From an uncultured delta proteobacterium (GTDB taxonomy: Bacteria; Myxococcota_A; Polyangia; Polyangiales; Polyangiaceae), in assembly GCA_963696385.1 (NCBI GenBank), contig CAVOKF010000006.1, positions 352,001 through 416,000 on the forward strand: DNA of 64,000 nt, written 5' to 3'. Shown piece after piece: positions 52,449 through 61,173 of this stretch. The notes beneath the pieces were generated by a model that was not told the DNA's origin, made no database searches, and saw only the letters and a list, made by a program, of their open reading frames with translations. How positions within the stretch are numbered: position 1 is the first letter of the stretch; the number at the start of each line of letters is the position of its first letter. Made by a program: the position numbers and the translations under genes.

Positions 52449-52550
52449 GCTGCAGCACCGCTCTCGCCTCGCGACCGGGCGACGCCGGCTGCCACGTTAG
52501 GCCGAGCGAGGGGCAGTCTCCAAGCGATTTAGCGTCACCGGAAAGTCGAT

Positions 52551-52572
52551 AAGGTAAAGTAAAGTTCATTTA
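52551..52572. promoter_or_regulatory. Putative ROK/XylR operator box 2
   Basis: AAG-GTAA-AGTAAAG-TTCA-TTTA between divergent ATPase and GH95 genes. Confidence 0.55.
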
Positions 52573-52582
52573 AGTTGAGGGG

Positions 52583-52627
52583 GGCTCTCCCCGACAGGCT
52601 CTCCCCGACCAGGCCCTCCCCGACCCT
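52583..52627. repeat. Three direct repeats GGC(T/C)CTCCCCGAC
   Basis: Copies start at 52583, 52597 and 52612, upstream of GH95. Confidence 0.8.
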
Positions 52628-52683
52628 GGCAGTCCGACCTGCCGGGGTCTCACTCTCGAGCGGGCGGCACCGCACCCCATGCC

Positions 52684-54993
52684 ATGATCTCGAAAGCCCC
52701 CTTCGCGTCATCGTCGCGTGTCGCCGCCGACTCCCCGTCGACCTCTGGGCTCCGGCTCTGGTACCGACAGGCCGCAGAGGAGTGGACGGAGGCGCTGCCG
52801 ATCGGCAACGGTCGCTTGGGGGCGATGGTGTTCGGAGGCGTCGACCTCGAGACGCTCCAGCTCAACGAGGAAACGCTCTGGTCGGGCGGACCGTACGCGC
52901 CCAACAACCCGGAGGCGAAGGCCGCTCTGCCGCTTTTGCGCCGGCTCATTTTCGAGGGCAGGTACCGCGAGGCGCACGACCTGGCCGAGGCTCGGGTGAT
53001 GGCGCGCCCGCTTCGGCAGATGCAGTACGAGACCGCCGGAGAGCTGCGGCTCGCCTCTCGTCCGTTCGGACCGGTAGAGGACTACGAGCGAGAGCTCGAT
53101 CTCGACACGGCGATCGCGCGGACGCGCTTCACCTCCGGCGGCGTCGTCTACGCGCGGGAGGCGTTCGCTTCGGCCGTCGACCAGGTGATCGTCGTGCGAT
53201 GGTCCGCCGATCGGCCCGGCCGGATCGATGTGGAGGTGTCGCTTGCCGCGCCCCAGAAGACCCATACTTCGGTTTCCGGCGACGGCGTGCTCGTCCTCGG
53301 CGGCGCGAACGAGGGCGCGGAAGGGATCGCCGGCCGTCTCGCGTTCGAGGTGAGGGCGGCCGTCGACGCCGTGGGCGGAACGCGCGTCTCGGGCCCTGGT
53401 TCGATTTCGGTTCACGGGGCCGATTCGGTCGTCGTCCGCATCGCGGCCGCGACGAGCTTCGAGAGCTTTCGCGACGTTTCCGGCGATCCGACGGCGAAGA
53501 CGTCCCGATGGATGTCGATCGCCCGGCAGAAATCCTTCGACCGCCTGCTCGCCGATCATCTGGTCGATCATCGACGCCTTTTTCGCCGCGTGGCGATCGA
53601 TTTGGGCACGACGGTAGCCGCCGGCGAGCCGATCGACCGTCGACTTCGCGATTGCAGTCGCATCGACGATCCGGCGCTCGCAGCGCTCTACTTTCAGTTC
53701 GGTCGATACCTGTTGATGGCGTGTTCGCGGCCGGGCACTCAGCCCGCAAACCTACAGGGCTTGTGGAACGACTCGCTCACCCCGCCTTGGGGAAGCAAGT
53801 ACACGATCAACATCAATACGGAAATGAACTACTGGCCGGCCGAACCGGCGAACCTCGCCGAATGCGTCGAACCGCTCTTTGCCATGGTCGAGGATCTCGC
53901 GCAAACGGGCGCCGAGACGGCGCGCGTCCACTATGGTGCGCGCGGCTGGATGGCCCATCACAACACAGATCTGTGGCGGGCTGCGGCGCCCATCGACGGC
54001 GCCACGTGGGGTTTGTGGCCGACCGGCGGAGCTTGGCTGTGTCTCACCCTATGGGAGCACTACGAGTATGGGCGCGATCCGGCGTACTTGGCTCGTCTCT
54101 ATCCGATCCTGCGGGGCGCGGCGGAGTTTTTCCTCGACGTATTGGTCGAAGATCCGCAGCACGGTTGGCTCGTGACGTGCCCGTCGCTGTCGCCCGAGAA
54201 CGTTCACCCTGGGGGGGTATCGATCTGCGCCGGCCCGACCATGGACTCTCAGATCCTGCGCGATCTGTTCTCCCGTTGTATCGAGGCGGCCCAAATCCTG
54301 GGCGTCGACGCTCCGCTCGCCGCACGATTCGGCGAGGCGAGGTCGAAGCTCGCGCCGAACCGGATCGGCAAAGCCGGACAGTTGCAGGAGTGGATCGAGG
54401 ACTGGGACATGGCGGCCCCCGAGCTGCATCACCGCCATGTGTCGCATCTCTTCGGGCTCTACCCGAGCGATCAGATCACCGTGCGCGCGACGCCCGAACT
54501 CGCCGCGGCGGCCCGGCGATCGCTCGAGATTCGCGGCGACGACGCGACCGGCTGGGGGCTCGCGTGGCGGCTGAATCTCTGGGCGCGGCTCGCGGACGGC
54601 GAACGTGCTCACGCCATCCTCCGCCGGATGCTCTGTCCGGACCGAACCTATCCCAACCTGTTCGACGCCTGCCCTCCGTTCCAGATCGACGGCAACTTCG
54701 GCGCCGTCTCCGGCATGGTCGAAATGCTTCTGCAGAGCCATGGCGGCGTCATCGATCTCCTGCCAGCGCTTCCGAACGCGTGGAGATCCGGATCGGTGCG
54801 CGGACTCTTGGCCCGTGGGGGATTCGGCGTGGACCTGGCGTGGACGGATGGCCGCCTCGAGCGGGCGACGCTGCGGGGCCGGTCGGGGTCGGTCGGTCGG
54901 GTCCGCTACGCGGGACGCGAGGTGCCGTTTGCCATCCCACCGGACGGCGAGATCCGCGTCGAGATCGACGGCGAGTCGCTGCGAACGAGTTAG
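52684..54993 (+). CDS. GH95 alpha-L-fucosidase/alpha-L-galactosidase
   Basis: LPIGNGRLGAM, QFGRYL, NLQGLWN, ININTEMNYW, SPEN, HRHVSHL, FQIDGNFG; no signal peptide. Confidence 0.95.
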   Translation: MISKAPFASSSRVAADSPSTSGLRLWYRQAAEEWTEALPIGNGRLGAMVFGGVDLETLQLNEETLWSGGPYAPNNPEAKAALPLLRRLIFEGRYREAHDLAEARVMARPLRQMQYETAGELRLASRPFGPVEDYERELDLDTAIARTRFTSGGVVYAREAFASAVDQVIVVRWSADRPGRIDVEVSLAAPQKTHTSVSGDGVLVLGGANEGAEGIAGRLAFEVRAAVDAVGGTRVSGPGSISVHGADSVVVRIAAATSFESFRDVSGDPTAKTSRWMSIARQKSFDRLLADHLVDHRRLFRRVAIDLGTTVAAGEPIDRRLRDCSRIDDPALAALYFQFGRYLLMACSRPGTQPANLQGLWNDSLTPPWGSKYTININTEMNYWPAEPANLAECVEPLFAMVEDLAQTGAETARVHYGARGWMAHHNTDLWRAAAPIDGATWGLWPTGGAWLCLTLWEHYEYGRDPAYLARLYPILRGAAEFFLDVLVEDPQHGWLVTCPSLSPENVHPGGVSICAGPTMDSQILRDLFSRCIEAAQILGVDAPLAARFGEARSKLAPNRIGKAGQLQEWIEDWDMAAPELHHRHVSHLFGLYPSDQITVRATPELAAAARRSLEIRGDDATGWGLAWRLNLWARLADGERAHAILRRMLCPDRTYPNLFDACPPFQIDGNFGAVSGMVEMLLQSHGGVIDLLPALPNAWRSGSVRGLLARGGFGVDLAWTDGRLERATLRGRSGSVGRVRYAGREVPFAIPPDGEIRVEIDGESLRTS

Positions 54994-54997
54994 AGCC

Positions 54998-55519
54998 ATG
55001 AGCGCCGCTGCCCTGGTTTTGCGTGCAACGGTTGGCGGCGCGCTGAGCCTCTTCACCGCTTGCGCCATCGCGGGCGTCGGAGCGACCGACCGGGATCTCG
55101 CGCGCGGCCGGGACGAAACGTCGCTCGGTGCTCGGTTGTTCACGAGCGAGTGCGCGCGATGTCACGGTCTGCATGGCGAGGGGATCGCCGACGGACCGGC
55201 GATTCTCGGCCCGCGCGCGCTTCCGGAGTACGCGCGAGAAGCTACGAAATCCGGGATTCCGGGGGTTTATGACCCGCAGGATCAGCAAATCGAGTCGCAG
55301 ATCCATCGCACCGGAATGCCGGTGCGAGAACCCTTGCACAACGCGCAGGACCTGTACGCCTTTTTGAGTACGCATGTGCCGAAGTCGCGGATCCTGGAGA
55401 TCCGGCCCGAGGGCCTTCTGACGGTCGTCACCTTCATCATGGCCGTGCAAGGAGCGGATTTGCCCCGCGGCGGCCTGACGTTCGATTCGGCAAGCACGGT
55501 CGCTATCCCGCGGCGGTGA
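54998..55519 (+). CDS. Monoheme c-type cytochrome lipoprotein
   Basis: FTAC lipobox-like motif; G..LF...CARCHG..GEG...GP. Confidence 0.75.
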   Translation: MSAAALVLRATVGGALSLFTACAIAGVGATDRDLARGRDETSLGARLFTSECARCHGLHGEGIADGPAILGPRALPEYAREATKSGIPGVYDPQDQQIESQIHRTGMPVREPLHNAQDLYAFLSTHVPKSRILEIRPEGLLTVVTFIMAVQGADLPRGGLTFDSASTVAIPRR

Positions 55520-55536
55520 TCGCCCCCGAGCGTGCT

Positions 55537-57699
55537 TCACCGAATGTCGACCGGATCGCCAACCAGCTCGATCTCGGCGGCGAGCGGCGCCACGCCCAGA
55601 AGCTGTACGCTGCGCGCGTCCGGTTGGCTGCCGCCCACGGTGATGCGAAAGCGACCCGGTTCGACCCGTCGCCGGCCGCGATCGTCGACCTGCGACAGGT
55701 CGCGCGCCGTCAGGTGGAACGCGACCCTGCGCGACTCGCCGGCAGCGAGTGTCACGCGGTCGAAGCCGCGCAGATCGTGGTGCGGAGAAACGCACGAGCT
55801 GCCGAGGCTTTTGACGTACAGCTGCACGACTTCGTCGCCTGGACGTTGCCCGATGTTCTCGACGGTCGCGCTGACGTCGACGCCCTCGCCCGCCGCGACG
55901 GGCTGCGGCGACACGGTGAGAGCGGAGTAGCGAAAACGGGTGTAAGACAGACCGAAGCCGAACGGGTAGAGTGGCTCTTTCGCCAGGTACCGGTAGGTTC
56001 GTCCACGCATCGCGTAGTCGTCGAACGGGGGTACGTCCGCGATGCTTCGCGGAAAAGTGACCGGCAGCCGACCTGCCGGATTGAAGTCTCCGAAAATGAC
56101 GTCGGCGAGAGCCAGGCCGCCGGCTTGCCCGGGATAAAAGGCCTGGACGATGGCGCCCACGTGCTGGTCGGCCCACACGAGATCGACCGGGCTGCCGCTC
56201 AGGACGACGACCACGGTCGGCTTGCCGACGCCGACGACGGCTTCGAGCAGTGCGTTCTGCAGGCCGGTCAACCCGAGGTCGAGCTTGTCGCCGGCGGCCT
56301 CCGAGTTGCCCGCGTCGCCCTGCTCGCCCTCGATGTCCGCGGATAAGCCGAGACACAGAACAACGGCGTCGGATCGCTCCGCCATGCTCAATGCCTCCGA
56401 CACGTTGCCGGCACGATCCAGGCCGTCGGTCGCCGTGCCGAGGCGTTTGCAGCCGTCCGTGTACCAGACCTTGGTCGCGCGCGAAACCGCCTGCCGGATG
56501 CCGTCGAGCGGCGTCACGGAGATCGACGGCACGCCCGAGTAATTGGCATGCAGGACCTGCGCGTCGTGCGCGTTGGGGCCGATGACGGCGATGCGGGCGA
56601 TGGCCTTGGGCAACGGAAGCAGGCCTCGGTCGTTTTTCAAAACGACGATCGACTGGCGTGCCGCCTCGCGGGCGAGCTCGCGGTGCCGATCGCAGTCGTT
56701 GACTTCGTAAGGAACCGACGCGAAGGGGTTGCGTGCGGGCGGATCGAACATCCCCAGGCGGATTCGCGCCGAGAACAGCCGGCGCAGGCACACGTCGACG
56801 TCCTCTTCGGTCAACAAGCCGCGCTCGACCGCTCGGGGGATGTGCCGGTAGGTGCAGCCGCAATTGAGATCGCAACCCGCCTTCACGGCAAGCGCCGCGG
56901 ACTCCTCCGGCGATCGGCTCACCCCGTGCGATTCGTGAAAATCGCGGATGGCCCAGCAATCGCTGACGACGTATCCCTCGAAGCCCCATTGCTGCCGCAG
57001 GATGCGCCCGAGCAGCGTCTCGCTTCCCGAGCATGGCTCGCCGTTGGTCCGGTTGTACGCGGTCATCACGCTCTCGGCCTTCGCCTCCGTGACGCACGCG
57101 TGGAATGCGGGCAGATAGGTCTCCCAGAGGTCCTTGTCGCTGACGACCGCATTGAAGCCATGGCGGAGTCCTTCGGGCCCGCTGTGGACGGCGAAGTGCT
57201 TGGGGGTGGCGACGAGCTTGAGATAGCGGGTGTCGGTCCCCTGCAGCGCCTTGCAAAAGACCACGCCGAAGCGCGCGGTCAAAAATGGGCATTCGCCGTA
57301 CGTCTCATGGCCACGACCCCAGCGCGGGTCGCGGAAGATGTTGATGTTCGGTGCCCAGAACGTGAGTCCTTTGTAGATCCCGCGGTCGTCGTGCAAGAGG
57401 TACTCGTGGTGCTTCGCGCGTGCTTCGTCGGCGATGGCCGAAGCGACGTCGCCGAGCAGGCGCAGGTTCCACGTCGCGGCGAGCGCGATCGCTTGCGGAA
57501 ACACGGTGGCGATGCCGGCCCGCGCGACGCCGTGAACGCATTCGTTCCACCAGTTGTAGGGTGCGATGCCGAGCCGAGGGATCGCCGGCGCCTCGTGGAG
57601 CATTTGCGCGGCTTTCTCTTCGATCGAAAGACGGCCCATGACGTCATCCACACGATCGCAGAGGGGCAGATCGGGGTTCTGGAAGGGATAGGTAGGCAT
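55537..57699 (-). CDS. GH3 beta-xylosidase/beta-glucosidase (cytoplasmic)
   Basis: WWNE..HG, PNINIFRDPRWGRG.ETYGE, KHF, VSDC, Fn3-like C-terminus. Confidence 0.95.
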   Translation of the reverse strand: MPTYPFQNPDLPLCDRVDDVMGRLSIEEKAAQMLHEAPAIPRLGIAPYNWWNECVHGVARAGIATVFPQAIALAATWNLRLLGDVASAIADEARAKHHEYLLHDDRGIYKGLTFWAPNINIFRDPRWGRGHETYGECPFLTARFGVVFCKALQGTDTRYLKLVATPKHFAVHSGPEGLRHGFNAVVSDKDLWETYLPAFHACVTEAKAESVMTAYNRTNGEPCSGSETLLGRILRQQWGFEGYVVSDCWAIRDFHESHGVSRSPEESAALAVKAGCDLNCGCTYRHIPRAVERGLLTEEDVDVCLRRLFSARIRLGMFDPPARNPFASVPYEVNDCDRHRELAREAARQSIVVLKNDRGLLPLPKAIARIAVIGPNAHDAQVLHANYSGVPSISVTPLDGIRQAVSRATKVWYTDGCKRLGTATDGLDRAGNVSEALSMAERSDAVVLCLGLSADIEGEQGDAGNSEAAGDKLDLGLTGLQNALLEAVVGVGKPTVVVVLSGSPVDLVWADQHVGAIVQAFYPGQAGGLALADVIFGDFNPAGRLPVTFPRSIADVPPFDDYAMRGRTYRYLAKEPLYPFGFGLSYTRFRYSALTVSPQPVAAGEGVDVSATVENIGQRPGDEVVQLYVKSLGSSCVSPHHDLRGFDRVTLAAGESRRVAFHLTARDLSQVDDRGRRRVEPGRFRITVGGSQPDARSVQLLGVAPLAAEIELVGDPVDIR

Positions 57700-57732
57700 G
57701 GCGAGAGTCCCGCTTTCCGAGCGATGGAGTGC

Positions 57733-57754
57733 GAACGTAATTTCGCTTTACAAT
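57733..57754. promoter_or_regulatory. Putative ROK/XylR operator box 3
   Basis: GAAC-GTAA-TTTCGCT-TTAC-AAT between divergent GH3 and SBP genes. Confidence 0.6.
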
Positions 57755-57915
57755 TGAAGACCGGGTGCCGCAACGCGCCCCGCCGTCGTGGGTCGTCGGC
57801 GTCGCGCGACCCGGCTTGGCGCGGACGTCGCGCCGTGTGATACACCGGCCCGCCGAGCAGGGCGTTGGCAGCGATCCCGGACGCTCGCGCGATCGCCCTC
57901 TCATTTTCGGCGTCC

Positions 57916-59283
57916 ATGGTCGAGAAGTTCCCCTACGGCAAGGCCCCATTCTGGCTGCTCGTGATCGCCCTTGTGTCGGCGGCGGGGCGCGCGATCGTCA
58001 TGGGCCACGGCGATGCCCGCGCGGACCTGCTCATCGTCGCCAACTCTCCGAGCCATTTCGAGGCGTACAAGAACGCCGTGCCTCGGTTCGAACGCAAGCA
58101 CGGGGTTCACGTACAAGTGCAGTTTGCGCACTGGACCGCGCTGCAGAGCCGGCTCGAGAGCGCGATGCTCGCGGGCGCCGATGTGCCCGATCTGGTCGAA
58201 CTGCTCGAAGGGTCTCTCGGGTTTTTTACGCGCGGGCCGCGCGAGGACGTGGGCCTTCTGGATCTCGCGGATCGCGTCCGTGCCGAAGGACTCGACCGAC
58301 GGCTCGTCGCATCCCGCTTGAGCTCCTGGACCACGGTCGACGGCCGCATCTACGCGCTCCCGAACGACGTGCATCCGGTCATGCTCGCCTATCGCCGTGA
58401 TCTGGTCGCCGAGCTCGGCATCGACGTGACCCGGCTCGATACGTGGGAGGCGTTCGTGGAGGCCGGTCGGCGCGTGACGCAGGATGTCAACGGCGACGGC
58501 GTCGTCGACCACTACATGATCGACCTGCCTTACGACGGCAACTGGGCGCTGACGAGCCTGCTCCTGCAGCACGGCGGACAACTCTTCGACCGTGCGGGCA
58601 ACACGGCCTTCAACAGCGAGATCACGACCGAAGTGTTCGCCTGGTACCTGCGGCAAACCCACGGCCCGCGCAAGATCGCGTACGACGCGGGCTGGGGCCA
58701 GGCCCTCGGCAAGGCCATGGTCGACGGTCTGGTCGTTTTCTACTGGGCGCCGGATTGGCGCAGCCGCTTGTTCGCCGACGAAGTGCCGAGCCTCGCAGGC
58801 AAAATGGCGTTGATGCCTCTTCCGGCCTGGGACAAAGGCGGGCGGCGGACGAGCGTGTGGGGCGGCACCGGCCTGATGATCAGCAGGCGCACGCCGCGCC
58901 CGGACCTGGCGTGGGAGCTCGCGAAGTTTCTCTATTTCGACCCCACGGAGATGGGTCAAAGGTTCGAGGCGACCAACATCATTCCGGTCTTGCGCGATGC
59001 CTGGAGCATGCCCGAACTCGATGCGCCCAATCCCTACTATTCGAACGAACCCATCGGCCGGATGTACGCCGACCTGGCGCCCGACGTGCCGCCGTCGTAC
59101 GTGTCGCCGTTGACCGCCGTCGCTGGAACGGAGCTCAACGAAGCCTTCAGTCGCTGCGTCTCGTACTACGATCGCTTTGGCGAAGAGGGCCTGACCGACG
59201 CGATCCACCGCGAATTGTCGCGCGCCGAGGCGTACGTGAGGCGCCTCGCCGAGCGCGCGAACTGGATGGCGGGCGCGCCATGA
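57916..59283 (+). CDS. Carbohydrate ABC transporter substrate-binding protein
   Basis: PDLVE, DGRIYALP, YRRDL, TWEAF, WGGTGL; N-terminal hydrophobic anchor. Confidence 0.9.
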   Translation: MVEKFPYGKAPFWLLVIALVSAAGRAIVMGHGDARADLLIVANSPSHFEAYKNAVPRFERKHGVHVQVQFAHWTALQSRLESAMLAGADVPDLVELLEGSLGFFTRGPREDVGLLDLADRVRAEGLDRRLVASRLSSWTTVDGRIYALPNDVHPVMLAYRRDLVAELGIDVTRLDTWEAFVEAGRRVTQDVNGDGVVDHYMIDLPYDGNWALTSLLLQHGGQLFDRAGNTAFNSEITTEVFAWYLRQTHGPRKIAYDAGWGQALGKAMVDGLVVFYWAPDWRSRLFADEVPSLAGKMALMPLPAWDKGGRRTSVWGGTGLMISRRTPRPDLAWELAKFLYFDPTEMGQRFEATNIIPVLRDAWSMPELDAPNPYYSNEPIGRMYADLAPDVPPSYVSPLTAVAGTELNEAFSRCVSYYDRFGEEGLTDAIHRELSRAEAYVRRLAERANWMAGAP

Positions 59284-60245
59284 CTTCGCCGCGGTCTGAT
59301 CCGTCCGCGGCACCGGCATCTCGCCCGCGCCGGGGCCGCGCGCCGGCCGGGGTGCGCGTCCGGCCCCAAGAACGCGGGTGGGCGCCGTACGCGTTTCTGG
59401 CCCCGTACCTGATTTTGACGTCGGTCTTTTTCTTCGTCCCATTCCTCGACGCCATCGGGCTCGCCTTCTTCGAGACCAACGGGCCACGCACCCGCGTCTT
59501 CGTGGGTCTCGCCAACTTCCGCTTCTTGTTGACCGATTCGACGTTCTACCGCGCGCTGTGGAATACGACCGTGTTCGCGTGCGCATCGGTATTCGTGCAG
59601 TTGCCGCTCGCGATGGGTCTCGCGATCTTGCTCAATTCGAGCGAAGGGCGGCTGCGCGGAATGCTCCGCCTCATCCTATTTTCTCCGAATCTCGTCGGCC
59701 AGATTTTCGTCGGCATTCTCTTCTCGACGCTCTTCACCCCCCGCTACGGGCTCATCAACCGCGCGTTTCATGCGCTGTTCGGCTGGGGGCTGGAGGTCTG
59801 GTGGCTCTCGAACCCGTGGCTCGTCATGCCGGCGCTCGTCTTGACGTCGCTGTGGGTCTGGGTCGGATTCAACATGGTCTACTTTCTGGCCGCGCTCCAA
59901 GGCGTGGACCGGTCGCTCGAAGAGGCGGCACGCATCGACGGCGCCAACGAGTGGCAGGTCTTTCGCTTCGTGACCTTGCCGTCGATGCGTCATGTCACCG
60001 TCTTCGTCGTCGTCACCAGCGTCATCGGCTCGTATCAGCTCTTCGAGCTTCCCCTGGCGCTGCTCCACTCGACCGAAGGGGCTGGCCCGGAGAACTCGGG
60101 ACTGACGCTCATCACCTACTTGAACAACGTGGCCTTCCACTTGGGAGACTTGGGTCTCGGCTCCGCAGTCGGTTGGATCGCGGCGCTCATCATCTTCCTG
60201 GTCAGCGTGATCCAGATCCGCGTGTCGCGCGTCCTCGAGGACTGA
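59280..60245 (+). CDS. Carbohydrate ABC permease (MalF-like)
   Basis: FLAPY, FVGLANF, EAARIDGA loop; ATGA overlap. Confidence 0.93.
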   Translation: MTSPRSDPSAAPASRPRRGRAPAGVRVRPQERGWAPYAFLAPYLILTSVFFFVPFLDAIGLAFFETNGPRTRVFVGLANFRFLLTDSTFYRALWNTTVFACASVFVQLPLAMGLAILLNSSEGRLRGMLRLILFSPNLVGQIFVGILFSTLFTPRYGLINRAFHALFGWGLEVWWLSNPWLVMPALVLTSLWVWVGFNMVYFLAALQGVDRSLEEAARIDGANEWQVFRFVTLPSMRHVTVFVVVTSVIGSYQLFELPLALLHSTEGAGPENSGLTLITYLNNVAFHLGDLGLGSAVGWIAALIIFLVSVIQIRVSRVLED

Positions 60246-60252
60246 TCCGCCC

Positions 60253-61173
60253 ATGAATCCGACCCGCCTCGTCGTCTTTTTTGCGCTGGCGGTCTTTGCC
60301 GCGCTCTGTGCACGGTCGCCCGGGCGCACGCTCCACTACCTGCGGGTTTTGCTGCTCGGTCTCGCGGCCATCGTCGTGCTGGCGCCGTTCGCATGGCTCT
60401 TGGCCGCCATCTTCAAAGACCGATCGGTCTTCGACGAAACCCTATTTCTTCCCCCGCCGACCGAGTGGTCGTCGAAAACGCTGAACCTCGACAACTTCAG
60501 AGAGCTCTTTCGCGGTAGGCCGAGTGTCGCCGGGACGGTGTACTTCTGGCAATACGTGCTGAACTCGACGGCCTACGCGACGGTCAGCACGGTCCTCAAT
60601 CTCTTCTTCTGTTCGCTGGGCGGGTTCGCCCTGGCGAAATACGACTTCCGCGGCAAAGCGGCGCTTCTGGTCTTGATGCTCGGGTCCATGACGATCCCGT
60701 CGGCGCTGCTCTTGCCGCCTCTCTACAAGATGGTCGTCGATCTCGGCATGGTGGACTCGCTCACGGGGCTCATCGTTCCGGGCATGGTGAGCGCGTACGG
60801 AATTTTCCTGTTTCGCCAGGCGTGCATGAGCGTTCCCGATGAAATGCTCGACGCGGGGCGCATCGACGGGTGCAGCGAGGTCGCCCTCTACTTCCGGCTG
60901 GTCATGCCGCTCGTACGTCCGATGGCAGCGGCGTTTTGCCTCATGACGTTTCTCGGGACGTGGAACTCGTTCTTCACGCCGAACGTATTCCTCCAGACGC
61001 AAAAAAACTTCACGTTGCCCATCGTGCTCTACATGTACGTCAACGACTATCAAAGCAACTACGGCGTGTTCTTGGCCGGCACTGCGCTCGCCATGGTGCC
61101 CCCGATGGTTCTTTTTCTCGCGCTCGAGAAGGAGTTCATCAGCGGCCTCACGTCCGGCGCGGTGAAAGGATGA
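60253..61173 (+). CDS. Carbohydrate ABC permease (MalG-like)
   Basis: DAGRIDG loop; C-terminal FISGLTSGAVKG. Confidence 0.93.
   Translation: MNPTRLVVFFALAVFAALCARSPGRTLHYLRVLLLGLAAIVVLAPFAWLLAAIFKDRSVFDETLFLPPPTEWSSKTLNLDNFRELFRGRPSVAGTVYFWQYVLNSTAYATVSTVLNLFFCSLGGFALAKYDFRGKAALLVLMLGSMTIPSALLLPPLYKMVVDLGMVDSLTGLIVPGMVSAYGIFLFRQACMSVPDEMLDAGRIDGCSEVALYFRLVMPLVRPMAAAFCLMTFLGTWNSFFTPNVFLQTQKNFTLPIVLYMYVNDYQSNYGVFLAGTALAMVPPMVLFLALEKEFISGLTSGAVKG

Noticed and set aside
52575..57292. Long same-strand alternative-frame ORFs (52575..55001, 54749..57292)
   Set aside because: Arg/Pro/Gly-rich off-frame translations overlapping GH95 and GH3
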